From the IMG/VR virus record IMGVR_UViG_3300037294_000266, positions 186,001-250,000 of that record: a stretch of 64,000 nt of DNA. One strand, written 5' to 3'. Position 1 is the stretch's first letter. The number at the start of each line of letters is the position of its first letter. The position numbers were made by a program, and so were the translations under genes. Positions 19,401-29,038 of the stretch are shown here, piece by piece. A model generated the notes under the pieces. That model searched no databases, was not told the origin of the DNA, and saw nothing but the letters and a program-made list of their open reading frames with translations.

Positions 19401-22400
19401 CTGGGCTCGCCGTAAAGAAATCGGTCAGGATGCCAAAGATAAAGTCGCAGGTAAGTTTGACAATATCAAAGGCCTCTTTGGTAAAGGCGGTGCTTTGGCC
19501 GGACTGCTTGGTGGGGCGGGCGGTGAAGAAGATGGCGAAGAAGGTGGTGGGATCATGGATTCCATCGGAGACTTCATTGGCGGTGGGCGTGACGGTAAAG
19601 ACGGTCGCAGTGGACGAGGTGGCAGAACAGCACGGCGTCGTGCAGGACGTACTGGGAAGCTAGGCAAGATTGCTAACTGGGGTGGTCGCCAACTTGACAA
19701 GATGGGCAAATTCGGTAAGGCTGTTAAGTTCGGGGCTAAAGCAACCAAAGGACTTGGTCAAGCTGCTTGGTGGTTAACCAAAAACACTGCTAAGTTAGGG
19801 TGGGGCGCTGCTAAGTTTGGCGGACGTATCCTGGGCAGTCAAGCGCTACGTACAGGTGCCATGTTCGCTGGGCGAATGGCTCTGGGTGCTCTAATGGGTG
19901 CTGCCGGTCTAGTGAGCGCTCCAGTACTGGCAGGCATTGCCGTAGTAGGTGGTGTGATTGCAGTTGGGTCGATCATCTACAACATGTCTAAGGATGAACT
20001 ACCTCCACTGACTCGCTTACGGATGGCGCAGTACGGTATCAAGCCAGCGGCGGACTCTGAAAAGGTCAAACAACTCCTGGCGCTTGAGAAACTCTTTGCT
20101 CAAGGAACATCTGTCGATTCAGAGAACAAGGCTAAGTTGGATACTAACTCCATCCCTCTTAACAAAATAGCCGAGATCTTTAAGATCGATATGGAAGTAC
20201 CCATGGAAGAGAACGATGCCATGCGGCGGCTGTCGGAATACCTGAAAGGGCGGTTCTCGGCAGTGTTCTTGGCTCACGTGTCTAATTACTACGCTCTCAC
20301 TAAGTCGCTCGATCTTGCAGCGGTGGACAGTAAGGTAACGGGTAAAGCCGCGTTAGAGTTCTTGGGCAAAGTAGCCATGAAGGATCAGACTGTCGTATTC
20401 GATGCGATGATCAGTCCGTTTGACGATGATGATTTGGACATGGACTCTGGCGACGTCGAGGATATTTACGACGAAGCTAAAGAACTTATCGAAGAAGCTA
20501 TCGAGAAGGGTGGAGATACCGACTCTGCTGCTGAGAAACATGCAGACGCAGTCAAGAAAGGTATCGTTGCAGGTACTTCCGTAGCTGTAGGGACGGGCGT
20601 AGCAGCGACAACCGCTAGTGCGGCTAAGAAGGCCGAGTTGGCCAGTAGTGGTAAGAACTTCACGGGTGGCGGTAAAGCTACTGCTGAAGGTGTTAGCGGG
20701 GCTGTTAAGGCATCTGCTATACTTGTAGGCGGTGCTGCTGGTGCAACCGTGATGGTAGCTGCTGCTGCTAACATGCAAGCGCGTTCTACAGAGCTCGACG
20801 ATGGCAAGTCTATCCGGTACCGTGCATACGGTCTAACGGATATGTCAGAGTCTAAAATCGGTCACTTGTCTCAGTTGGAAGGCTTTTGCTATCCGTTGGT
20901 TACGTACAGTGCCGAAGGACAAGCTAATCTCAAGGACGAAGCTCTTGCGTATGCTGAGGCTGAGAAGATCTTTTCTCCAGTGGGTGAGGAAGCTGAAAAC
21001 GTATACGTCTGGTTCCACCGTCGTTTTCTACCGGTGTTCCTGACGTACTGTACCGAAGTGAGAGCGCGTGCTAATATCGACGCTGCCGATGCTTCGAAAC
21101 GGATGAAGCCATCTGACTTCCTTGAAGTTCTTCGTGCTACTGTACGGGCTCATGACAGCGCCGGCATTCCTGTCTGGGACATCGACAATTCGCCATGGAA
21201 CGGCTACTACATGAACGACGAACCAGAGTCTGTCAACGATGCTCTGTATTCACTGTCACTTAAAATTAAGGATAAGACCGTAACCGAATCGACCGTTGCT
21301 AACAAAGGACGTACTCGAGGACCTGACGGAGAATACACGGACGAAGATCCTAACCAAACCAACAAACCTGCTTCGGCGAGTAATTCATCGTCTGGTGCAA
21401 GTGGTGGCAGTGGGAATGAAAGTGGCAAGAAGGATGAACCAGGGATCCTGGGTAATCTTTGGAATGGGTTCAAGTCTGCAATTGGGATTGAGAGTAAAAC
21501 TCCTCAATCCCCATCGACCCAAACCGGAGGAGGAGGCGCTACAGGTCCTACTTCTATCTCAGGAGGCCTTCCTGTAAACCATCCAGGTGGTGGATCAGGC
21601 GGCAGTATCAATGACATCCCACAACCTACAGGTACGGATTGGCAGAGCAACGCTGCTACCATCATGGCAGCGGCCAATATGGTCGGTGTAGATCCTTCAC
21701 TAGCAGCCAGTATCGCCGGTGTAGAATCTGGTTACAATCCGACTGCCAGACCTTGGTCGAAGAAAGAACAGCGGTATCTTTCATCAGCAGCAGGTTACTT
21801 CCAAGTCATTAATGACACCTGGAAAGAACTGATGGGTAAGTATGGTTCTAAGTACGGCATCGATCCTAACGCAACCCAGATGGATCCTCGCGCCAATGCT
21901 CTTTTAGGATTGGAATATATCCGAGAGAATACTGAAGCTATTGGAGGAGTCGTCAAACGTGGTGTGACGGACACCGATGTTTACCTAGGGCACTTCCTTG
22001 GGACAGGTGGGGCCAAGCGTTTCCTTGCAGCGCCGCAGGGCGATCCGGCCATCAATCATGTCGGTGCAGATCAAGCCAGTGCCAACAAAGCTATCTTCTA
22101 CGATCGCGGTGGTCGTCCACGAACTGTGGCTGCTGTGTGGTCTGACTTTGATGCCAAATTGAAGAAACACCGCCAGCCCGATGCCCCTCAAATTGCAGCA
22201 ACTGCACGAGGGGCTCCGTTACCAGTAGAAGCAGTGAGTACTGAGACACCCGCAGCCGTAGCAGCCGCCATACCAAGCGATACACCCTCGCTGGTTAAAG
22301 GCACTGATACTGCAAGCACCACAAGTGCAAATACTGTGGCAGAAGCCTCCGCTCCTTCAGTTGATCAGAATCTGGCTACTAAAGCAGACGAACGTCAGGT

Positions 22401-22710
22401 GAATAACTCCACTGCCACGCTTGCAGTGTCGGCTCGGATTGCAGAGGCTCAAAGTTCTAATCAGGCTAAGGCTTCGGCCGATACCTACGGCGGGATGGAT
22501 AAGGGGATGAGTCAGCTACTTGGTGTGAACGAGGCTCAACTCGAGCAGCTTATCACACTGGTTACGTTGATGCGCGATGGTAACGTTACACTGCCGAATG
22601 CTTCGGGACCCGCTACTAATCTAGTGGCGTCTACCAAGACTACGCAGAACCCGTCCATCAATACCGCCCAACCCGCTAAAAAGAGCACCGTCTCAGTGGC
22701 TCGCGCGTAA
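16498..22710 (+). CDS. Tape-measure-like tail protein with C-terminal lytic transglycosylase (phiKZ gp181-like)
   Basis: 2070 aa; Gly/Ala-rich hydrophobic segments; SLT motifs GVDPSLAASIAGVESGYNP and SSAAGYFQVINDTW, YLGHFLG. Confidence 0.9.
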   Translation: MAKKGDIDLDQINLDDFDFDIPEFQDDSPVSDKSRSPAGRVTTGIIKGAKDEVASLAGMRKALMFALPSGYGLAADTIEDVSSDVRSLYDKITGEQPDLIRGGKSFGRKAMATIGNRALPKKLADRLNNAFEKDDDYKVKSSADYKREQEESDLAGLAEIFKAKGSVDEERAKQDSVNRLEDRALEQVRFKTNVQALTSINKSMARLVGYQDKVTARYQQKMLELTYRHYATTRQMNDMMTESMSKHSQILEKIRHNTALPEAVKIRGSEMFKQMAHQRLMGSGLNTVSNFTQNYGKQVIGNVSGMIQGIIDPLRDASQATDMEGIDRVNLGGQAVGSAIGSGIRDYAAIHAAPFLARNKTIARGGEKLRNAFTGLPQRVNEYAQSETEGTGFRSTMTQMFKQFLPKYQQDNSTGVKAVSKLDEIATFDSIARRSLIEIIPGYLSEIAHWSKIAVTGEKNAEKQVYNVTRGGFTSEKENLSDVGRQIFTRSERESLRSAAEDFLKEIGGDTMSGRAQRALKQKILDELANGLDLVPSRLIKREQYVNVPEPVVDEIVSLIGDTFNIDEDGRSMDDSTGAKERFNGIREKFLNMSSMIPAIGDRIRIFSDVLGLDSMRKLGYVERNAKSRQDNINTNRAWSDILDEDDEDSAKRDEEGRKDASDKSTRAGRRGNKRGKGDGDLTRRADRADHMASNRVAETSRLGGLEKYLGDKSTLITLVRESRDFHSETVELLKQLTNCSCDGVGGSKSDMDWKSASKESLVNRFAGATEAINKHAKKSSDKLGQFKATAQDIWIQGDDHPALEEWRMKAGQYRDKTTGATIKKWDDIKGDVVDVRNKTVARYNDLMENAVVVNGKGNVVKKASELFTRFKMSQAGAATQAAATHVSAKGAELSSFASKEGRKFKPRVKKMMKFFTGEKAGADISSELTGNHEDDMLTIALRSAQLQYQTLKEVTQEKVRKGSYKDLWARRKEIGQDAKDKVAGKFDNIKGLFGKGGALAGLLGGAGGEEDGEEGGGIMDSIGDFIGGGRDGKDGRSGRGGRTARRRAGRTGKLGKIANWGGRQLDKMGKFGKAVKFGAKATKGLGQAAWWLTKNTAKLGWGAAKFGGRILGSQALRTGAMFAGRMALGALMGAAGLVSAPVLAGIAVVGGVIAVGSIIYNMSKDELPPLTRLRMAQYGIKPAADSEKVKQLLALEKLFAQGTSVDSENKAKLDTNSIPLNKIAEIFKIDMEVPMEENDAMRRLSEYLKGRFSAVFLAHVSNYYALTKSLDLAAVDSKVTGKAALEFLGKVAMKDQTVVFDAMISPFDDDDLDMDSGDVEDIYDEAKELIEEAIEKGGDTDSAAEKHADAVKKGIVAGTSVAVGTGVAATTASAAKKAELASSGKNFTGGGKATAEGVSGAVKASAILVGGAAGATVMVAAAANMQARSTELDDGKSIRYRAYGLTDMSESKIGHLSQLEGFCYPLVTYSAEGQANLKDEALAYAEAEKIFSPVGEEAENVYVWFHRRFLPVFLTYCTEVRARANIDAADASKRMKPSDFLEVLRATVRAHDSAGIPVWDIDNSPWNGYYMNDEPESVNDALYSLSLKIKDKTVTESTVANKGRTRGPDGEYTDEDPNQTNKPASASNSSSGASGGSGNESGKKDEPGILGNLWNGFKSAIGIESKTPQSPSTQTGGGGATGPTSISGGLPVNHPGGGSGGSINDIPQPTGTDWQSNAATIMAAANMVGVDPSLAASIAGVESGYNPTARPWSKKEQRYLSSAAGYFQVINDTWKELMGKYGSKYGIDPNATQMDPRANALLGLEYIRENTEAIGGVVKRGVTDTDVYLGHFLGTGGAKRFLAAPQGDPAINHVGADQASANKAIFYDRGGRPRTVAAVWSDFDAKLKKHRQPDAPQIAATARGAPLPVEAVSTETPAAVAAAIPSDTPSLVKGTDTASTTSANTVAEASAPSVDQNLATKADERQVNNSTATLAVSARIAEAQSSNQAKASADTYGGMDKGMSQLLGVNEAQLEQLITLVTLMRDGNVTLPNASGPATNLVASTKTTQNPSINTAQPAKKSTVSVARA

Positions 22711-22715
22711 CTCAT

Positions 22716-22750
22716 AGGTGAGAGGGGCGACCCTCTCACCTTTATTTTCT
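22716..22750 (+). terminator. Intrinsic terminator
   Basis: AGGTGAGAGGG-GCGA-CCCTCTCACCT followed by TTATTTTCT. Confidence 0.7.
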
Positions 22751-22763
22751 TCAGAGGTTAGGT

Positions 22764-24869
22764 ATGGACAACATTCTGGATGATACCTGGGTAAAGTCAG
22801 CGTTCTGGCTACCTACTGATCAGGTCGACGGTGGGAACAGTGCTATCGTCAACCGTATCTATTCGACATCAATGCAGAAAGCTACTGACACAACACTCGG
22901 TGGTAATTTCGTAATCAATCCGCTTCCACAGTTCACTCGTTATGCCGACCTGAAACACAACATTTTCAGTAACGCCAATGGTCGAGGCAACACCACGTTA
23001 ATTCCTAATGTGTCACGCTCTAATAAAACATCGAGCTCGTCATCTAATGGCATGGGCCGTGTGTATTCTGAGAAGTACGACGACAACATGCAGGTGGTCC
23101 ATTTCAGAATGGGGTTCCCGCAGTTCAACAGTCTTACTTCGTTCTATGCGAACTACTATTCGATCCCTGCCGCTTCAATGGCACGGTCTGGCCGAGCCCC
23201 AGGGTTCTTCTATACCTTGGGGTACGCGGTAGGTTCGGTTGCAACCATTCCAGCCATGCCATTCATCTTTGCTGGCAAGGTAATGAAGTTCTTCCTCCGT
23301 CGTCCGGCGAGTAAGTATTATTACCTCAAACACAGCATGCTTCCATACTGGAGCGCTGTGTCATCCATGACCAACGGCATTGCCGCTACTATGGGCATCA
23401 TGCCACGTCCTCTGTATGAAGGTAACAAAGCGCTATACGAGAAAGACACAGGCCTTGAAGACGGCGATATCGCCGGCTACCATAAACTGATCCCAAGCAT
23501 CTATCGTAAGAACGGCGGTATCGACGTTTTTGCTGTGGCGCAGCGCGGACAGTTGCTGGTTAACATGCGCCGTGAACTCTTGAGCGAACAGTTAGACAAA
23601 CAAACTACTCGTGAGGGTGTTCGTGAGACGTTCAAGAAGATCATGTACGGCGACGACATGTCCAATGTCTACGCAGCTGCCACCAAAGCGTCTTCTACGT
23701 ATGAAGACTACATGGAAGCTTGGCGCGGTAGTGAGTTACTAGGTAAGGTAGCCACGAAGGTCGATGCGGATACAGGCGAGATCACCATTGATGAAGGAGA
23801 GAGCGTCGGCCTTGAACAGGTAGGTCGTGTCGATGATGGGTTCTTCAATCGTCTTGGTGAAGCGTTTAAGTCTGAGCGACGCATGGGTTCTGACTTCTTG
23901 TCATTACGTGTAGATTTCACAGGCACTCAGACCGAGTCGTTTAACAACTCGGCCAAAGAACCTTCCATTAGCGGACAGATCAACAGCATTTCAGCCTCGG
24001 CTCGTGAAACTCGATTCAGTATGTTTGATGGCAATATCGATGGAGCGGGAATCATTGGCGGGGCATTGGGGGCGTTCAAGGATCTAGCGAGCGGATTAGG
24101 TGAAGGATTCGGCGTGCAAGGACTTGCTCAGTTGGCTGGTAATGCCTTCGTCGATATCCCTAAGGTGTGGGATAGTTCTAGCTGTGACTTTAACAAGCTC
24201 ACGTTGAACATCCCACTACGATCTCCATATGGAGATCCGTTGTCACGGCTGCAGAACCTTATATTCCCAATGTGTTGTCTGTTTGCAATGTCAGTACCAC
24301 TGGCAACAGGTAAGCAGTCTCACACCGCGCCATTCCTGATCGAGTACTTCGCTCAAGGCCGAGCTCACTCGCGGCTGGCCATGGTTGAAAGCTTGACCAT
24401 GACGCGGGGGGTTGGTGATATCGGTTGGAACAATACCGGTGGGTTCTTGGGAGTTGATGTTCAGTTAGGTCTACTTGATCTTACTAACGCTATCAACATG
24501 CCGATTAATCCTTCCATGGAATTGTCAGAACGTGTAATCCAAGCTGCTGGCTATGGTACAGGCGCTGCGATCTCTTGGTTCGGTGGCGGTAATGCTGGTT
24601 CTGGTGGAGAATCTGGCGCTGCGGTGGCCAGTGCTCTTCTCGGCTCCACTTACGATGATGACAACAACTATTCAGACTACCTGGCTATCTTAGCAGGAAC
24701 GCCTCTAGAAGCTGAGATAAATGCGCTTCGTAAATGGGCAGTTCGACTAGCAAGGCAACAGGCTGCATTCGATGATGCTCATTCTCCTGAGCGCATGGCA
24801 ATGTGGGCAGGAGAGACGCTCGTTGGCGAAGTTGCCAAAGCGTTCTCCATGGCTACAGATCGACAATGA
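22764..24869 (+). CDS. Virion tail/baseplate structural protein (phiKZ gp182-like)
   Basis: 701 aa directly after the gp181-like gene; by synteny. Confidence 0.7.
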   Translation: MDNILDDTWVKSAFWLPTDQVDGGNSAIVNRIYSTSMQKATDTTLGGNFVINPLPQFTRYADLKHNIFSNANGRGNTTLIPNVSRSNKTSSSSSNGMGRVYSEKYDDNMQVVHFRMGFPQFNSLTSFYANYYSIPAASMARSGRAPGFFYTLGYAVGSVATIPAMPFIFAGKVMKFFLRRPASKYYYLKHSMLPYWSAVSSMTNGIAATMGIMPRPLYEGNKALYEKDTGLEDGDIAGYHKLIPSIYRKNGGIDVFAVAQRGQLLVNMRRELLSEQLDKQTTREGVRETFKKIMYGDDMSNVYAAATKASSTYEDYMEAWRGSELLGKVATKVDADTGEITIDEGESVGLEQVGRVDDGFFNRLGEAFKSERRMGSDFLSLRVDFTGTQTESFNNSAKEPSISGQINSISASARETRFSMFDGNIDGAGIIGGALGAFKDLASGLGEGFGVQGLAQLAGNAFVDIPKVWDSSSCDFNKLTLNIPLRSPYGDPLSRLQNLIFPMCCLFAMSVPLATGKQSHTAPFLIEYFAQGRAHSRLAMVESLTMTRGVGDIGWNNTGGFLGVDVQLGLLDLTNAINMPINPSMELSERVIQAAGYGTGAAISWFGGGNAGSGGESGAAVASALLGSTYDDDNNYSDYLAILAGTPLEAEINALRKWAVRLARQQAAFDDAHSPERMAMWAGETLVGEVAKAFSMATDRQ

Positions 24870-24871
24870 CA

Positions 24872-24909
24872 CGGCATACAGGGAGGGCGTTTGCCCTCCC
24901 TGTATGTTG
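24872..24909. terminator. Bidirectional hairpin-TATG terminator
   Basis: CATACAGGGAGGGC-GTTT-GCCCTCCCTGTATG between convergent genes; TATGTTG (+) and TATGCCG (-). Confidence 0.75.
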
Positions 24910-25911
24910 TTATGCCACACTCACCATCAAAGGATATTGCTCACGTGTAATCTCTGCAATGGTTGCTTCTGGATAATGTCGGGCAAGTTGTACAGCATGA
25001 CCTATTTCGTCATCAAGTTCCAGTAGTCGTTTGACATCGTCAGACATCGTAGCGATGTACTTCATGTCGATAATGTCTGTACCATTCTGATCGTAGAGAT
25101 ACCACCGAGGGTCGAGTTCCTTCATTTTGCCAATGAGTTCCACGGAAGTATCTTCCATAGACTGACCTAGGTTACCAGGCAGTTTGAACCTTGACAAGAA
25201 CGTAGGTATAAAATCAGGTTGACAGGCCATGATTTCATCTTTAGGTAGGTTATCGAACAGATGATTAAGCGATGTCATCTCACCAGCGTATGCTACTGTA
25301 GGTGTAATGAACCGAAGTGCCTGCTGATAAACTTCCACGTCAACGAAATCACGTACGATTCCAATGTATTCGCCAACGCCTTCTTCTACAGCAGTAGCTA
25401 ACGTCCCAGCCCAAACCGCTGCTTCATAACCAATGTTGACGTACTCGGTTATATCAACATACTCGGTCAGCGAACCAATCAATCCAGTGAGTTCACTGTA
25501 CGCCATGATATTGGTCGGGTCACCGTATTGGATCTGATACGCGACATCACCAGCAGTGGTCTGTACTTTGGTGATGAACTCGGGACTTAGATCTAAGAAC
25601 CCACCGGCTTTGTTAAGGATAGATTCGCTAGCAGACTTTAAGATACCGGCCCCCGAACTACCGAACATCCCCATACCAGCTTCCAACAATTGACGCCCTG
25701 TTGCACCCGAACTCTTCAGGTTCATAATGGCAGCAACACTTCGAGCGATGTTATTTGCACCACCGCCACGATCAATTAATTTCTCACCCATGCCTTTAGC
25801 AGCATCGAAAAGTTTATTAATCGGTTTAGTATCGGTTATCTCATACGCATCAGCAGATGTGAGTTCCTCAGACGCGTCTGTTTTGAAAAGTGGGGAGGCG
25901 ATTAAGCTCAT
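24910..25911 (-). CDS. Probable virion structural protein
   Basis: Start moved to MSLIASP (SD GGAG); the ORF-track extension reads through a terminator. Confidence 0.6.
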   Translation of the reverse strand: MSLIASPLFKTDASEELTSADAYEITDTKPINKLFDAAKGMGEKLIDRGGGANNIARSVAAIMNLKSSGATGRQLLEAGMGMFGSSGAGILKSASESILNKAGGFLDLSPEFITKVQTTAGDVAYQIQYGDPTNIMAYSELTGLIGSLTEYVDITEYVNIGYEAAVWAGTLATAVEEGVGEYIGIVRDFVDVEVYQQALRFITPTVAYAGEMTSLNHLFDNLPKDEIMACQPDFIPTFLSRFKLPGNLGQSMEDTSVELIGKMKELDPRWYLYDQNGTDIIDMKYIATMSDDVKRLLELDDEIGHAVQLARHYPEATIAEITREQYPLMVSVA

Positions 25912-25924
25912 GTTGCACTCCAGA

Positions 25925-25975
25925 CAAAGAAAAAAAGAAAGGAGATGGAAGATGGGGGCCGGAGCCCCCATCTAT
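25925..25975 (-). terminator. Intrinsic terminator
   Basis: AGATGGGGGC/GCCCCCATCT stem with U-tract on - strand. Confidence 0.65.
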
Positions 25976-26544
25976 CACTTCGGTGCTTGATCGGTTTGAC
26001 GATTCATCAAACCATCTGGACTGTTCAGATGAAACTCGATTTCATCGAGAATCTCTTTACGGATCACATTCAGATCGCCAGTGTTGATCAGCGCTGTACG
26101 TAACAACTGCCAGAAATCCAACTGCCACTGATGGTGAGTCAGGGGTTGGACACGGTCGCTGTATACGTAGTAGTGTGCCAGAGGCAGATCGTTTTCTTTT
26201 AACTGCTTTTGCAGTGTAGGATTCCGATCCAGCTTTTCCAACATGCCCAACTTAAACATCTTGTTGAACAGAGGATAGAGCTTACTTGGCATTTTCTTAC
26301 CAAGTTCGCGGGCGCGCAGACCTTTGATGATTCGAAACGAATCATCAGCAAAGCCGGTCTTCATGTAATACCACAGTCCTTCCAAAGTACGGAAGTGGCC
26401 GAAGTACGGGTGTTCAATATTACAGTCGCTCAAATTACTCAAGCCACGACCGAGGACAGTTGCCCCTCGGGTATAAACGTTGACATGACTCACTCCATCT
26501 TCCGACGGAATGAATTCTGATTTGGCTCGGGTGTCGGTAGACAT
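25975..26544 (-). CDS. NADAR (YbiA)-like protein
   Basis: GRGLSNL...FRTLEGLWYYMK...ARELGK...MLEKLDRNPTLQKQL parallels the NADAR pattern (LSNF, xTxEH, AxxLGR, KFxQxPxL). Confidence 0.5.
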   Translation of the reverse strand: MSTDTRAKSEFIPSEDGVSHVNVYTRGATVLGRGLSNLSDCNIEHPYFGHFRTLEGLWYYMKTGFADDSFRIIKGLRARELGKKMPSKLYPLFNKMFKLGMLEKLDRNPTLQKQLKENDLPLAHYYVYSDRVQPLTHHQWQLDFWQLLRTALINTGDLNVIRKEILDEIEFHLNSPDGLMNRQTDQAPK

Positions 26545-26579
26545 GGCGGTTTCCCATTAGTTGTCTGACGGCGGGACGA

Positions 26580-27158
26580 TTAATCGTCGATGGAGTGAGT
26601 GTGCCGGATTGAGCGCGAAGCAATTTCAGCGCGCTTATCGTGACTGCTCATGCCATGATCAACAATCTGTCCAACCACTTCGGAAACATCCTCTGCGGTG
26701 ATGTACTGGCCGTCTTCGTCATCGTCATAATCAATGATGTCTTGGTCAGAAGTCATCTTCCCACCAATCATGGCTTGCACAGAATCGATCTCAGTGTAGG
26801 GATTTTGGATTCTCCCTGAAGACACTTTAATCTTACGCCCGTCCCGAAGAATCAGTGTGGCATCCATAGAATACTCGAGAGGACCGAGTATCTGCACTGC
26901 CTTCTGAAATGTTTTCCAGGTGATTTCACGTTTAGCGATGGCCCGGTTGAAGTTATTTCGCTCCTGTCCGATGTCCTTTGCTGTCTTTCTGACTCGTGAT
27001 AATCGACTCTTCAGGAAGAGGGTGAGACGACGGTTCCAGCGATCCGGTCCCATGTCAACCTCAACAAGAATCAGACGAAACAATTTGGTGAGAGGGTTGT
27101 CGGCCTCCTTCACTAATTTGTCTTTCGCAATCATCATGCGTACTTGTTCTTTGCTCAT
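26580..27158 (-). CDS. Hypothetical protein, basic N-terminus and acidic C-terminus (possible nucleic-acid binding)
   Basis: 192-aa ORF; composition only. Confidence 0.7.
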   Translation of the reverse strand: MSKEQVRMMIAKDKLVKEADNPLTKLFRLILVEVDMGPDRWNRRLTLFLKSRLSRVRKTAKDIGQERNNFNRAIAKREITWKTFQKAVQILGPLEYSMDATLILRDGRKIKVSSGRIQNPYTEIDSVQAMIGGKMTSDQDIIDYDDDEDGQYITAEDVSEVVGQIVDHGMSSHDKRAEIASRSIRHTHSIDD

Positions 27159-27176
27159 TGGTAAGTACCTGGGTGA

Positions 27177-27653
27177 TTATCGTGTACATTCTCTTGAGGC
27201 TATAATCAGCGCAAGGATGTCTTCGATAACAAAGTTACATTTCCGTTGGTAGTAAACACTGTCTGATTCATCAAGCTTCATGAATGCATCCAGTAACTTT
27301 ATGATGTAATGGCGGTGTTCACGTACCCAGTCTATAGGGTGTATCACATGATCCCCATCGCTGATGAACGTCTCGAGCACGGTGCTTCTATAGACCAATG
27401 GATTGCTCCATGGACCAGAGAAGTGTCTTGCCTCACTGACTACCACTGACGCGTCGATAAGACGTTCAGATAGCATGTCCAAATCATCGGACACTACAGA
27501 CAGTTTGACAACTCGAGCTTTGGGTATTGAGAAGTGCTTTGTTGTTAATTCATCTACATCTCCTAGTTGGTTGATAAGACTTTCATAAATAGTTTCGCCT
27601 TGGATCGGCTCCGGATGACGTCTCCACAGCCATTTAAAAAATGATTTAAGCAT
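27177..27653 (-). CDS. Hypothetical protein (158 aa)
   Basis: ORF with SD GGGG. Confidence 0.7.
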   Translation of the reverse strand: MLKSFFKWLWRRHPEPIQGETIYESLINQLGDVDELTTKHFSIPKARVVKLSVVSDDLDMLSERLIDASVVVSEARHFSGPWSNPLVYRSTVLETFISDGDHVIHPIDWVREHRHYIIKLLDAFMKLDESDSVYYQRKCNFVIEDILALIIASRECTR

Positions 27654-27712
27654 GATGGCCCCATGTATGTTAGCCGATCTTATGATAAGACTAACCTTTT
27701 CGGAGAGTTCCG

Positions 27713-28243
27713 ATGTCCAGTATCATTCCACTTGATGACGACCTAATGCCGGTCGGCGACAACGAGTTCTTGGGTGAACCGCCCATGATCATTGACGAAT
27801 CGGTTGACCCGTCGGCGGTGATCAAGACCACTCAAAGCATTCGTATCGCCATGGCTAAGAAACACTTGCAAGCAGGTATTCCTACAGTCGGTGAAGAAAC
27901 ACGTGATTTCCTAATGCTTCTTCGAGACCTGGATGGTGCAGCACTGACCACCCGTAAGATCGATGTTGAAGAACGAAGCATCGGTGAGTCTGAACGTCTC
28001 GCTCAGGCACAGAACGAATTGCTACGCATGCTTAACGGCAGCAACCCATTCGTATCTATCGACCTTCCAGGCAGTCCTTCATTGATCACAGTACATCGTG
28101 AATCGACTTCAGGGCTATTGCCTAAACCGGTTCTGGTGCCAGGACTTACTGCTCAAGGGACTCAGCCGGTAGATACCGACAAGTTCCTCAATGCTATTTC
28201 CGAAGCAGAAAACGCTGCTCAGGAAGACGCCGACTCCGATTGA
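27713..28243 (+). CDS. Hypothetical protein (176 aa)
   Basis: SD GGAGAG. Confidence 0.75.
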   Translation: MSSIIPLDDDLMPVGDNEFLGEPPMIIDESVDPSAVIKTTQSIRIAMAKKHLQAGIPTVGEETRDFLMLLRDLDGAALTTRKIDVEERSIGESERLAQAQNELLRMLNGSNPFVSIDLPGSPSLITVHRESTSGLLPKPVLVPGLTAQGTQPVDTDKFLNAISEAENAAQEDADSD

Positions 28244-28992
28244 AGCCCTACCTCATCAGGAAGGGAATAGGTGCCAGGGAGCAGAAAGCAGAAGTCGCAC
28301 ACTGGGATGTGTTCCAGGTGAATGTATTCTTCCATGATCATTTCAAACTGACCATGGCGGTCTTCTGGTTTAAACGTCCCTTCATGCTCTTCGATCACTC
28401 TCTCCCCAGGCTCTTCAACAAAGAGCCTGGGGAGTATGACGGCTAGCCCATTGAGTCGCTTAATGAGCAACGTCGAATGATGCAGCTCTAACCAACTATG
28501 AAAGTCATAGGTGATCCAACCATTGTACCGGTATTCGATGTTATCGGGAGTCATGTTGGCAGGAGAAATACTAACGGTCTTCGTGACAACGTAAGGTGGG
28601 AGGAGGTTATCCAGACAGCCTCTGATTGTTTCTGCAATTGGGCCGGGAACAACGTAAGGCCATAGATTAAGATCAATCGAAATAGAGCTCACGTCCACGC
28701 CACGGAACAGCCGTTCTTTAAGGCCTTCTATGTAGTGCATGAGGATAGGTACAATGCCTGTCGTTACACTCTTTGAGAGGGTCTCGATATTGCGCGCTTT
28801 GTATTTCTCGAGGTAGTCAACTTGCTTGATATGTCCTCCGGTTAACTTCTCGAAATCATCCATCTTCCGATCACGGTAATCGTGGATAGGTAGATGCTTG
28901 GAGATGTTGTCGTCCAACATGATCAACGTCCCCATGCGGGTGTCAAACAATGCATCGACATCCAGCAAAAGATTAAACGCACTGTCGTTCAT
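28219..28992 (-). CDS. Hypothetical protein, possible HAD-like fold
   Basis: N-terminal LLLDVDALFDT resembles HAD motif I; SD AAGGTG. Confidence 0.6.
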   Translation of the reverse strand: MNDSAFNLLLDVDALFDTRMGTLIMLDDNISKHLPIHDYRDRKMDDFEKLTGGHIKQVDYLEKYKARNIETLSKSVTTGIVPILMHYIEGLKERLFRGVDVSSISIDLNLWPYVVPGPIAETIRGCLDNLLPPYVVTKTVSISPANMTPDNIEYRYNGWITYDFHSWLELHHSTLLIKRLNGLAVILPRLFVEEPGERVIEEHEGTFKPEDRHGQFEMIMEEYIHLEHIPVCDFCFLLPGTYSLPDEVGLQSESASS

Positions 28993-29038
28993 AGATCACC
29001 TTAGGTATTATCAAATAGATAATGTATCGTTGTAATAA

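Noticed and set aside
25912-25971. N-terminal extension MGAPAPIFHLLSFFLCLECN as a signal peptide
   Set aside because: It is the translation of a terminator hairpin and U-tract; the SD-supported start is 25911.
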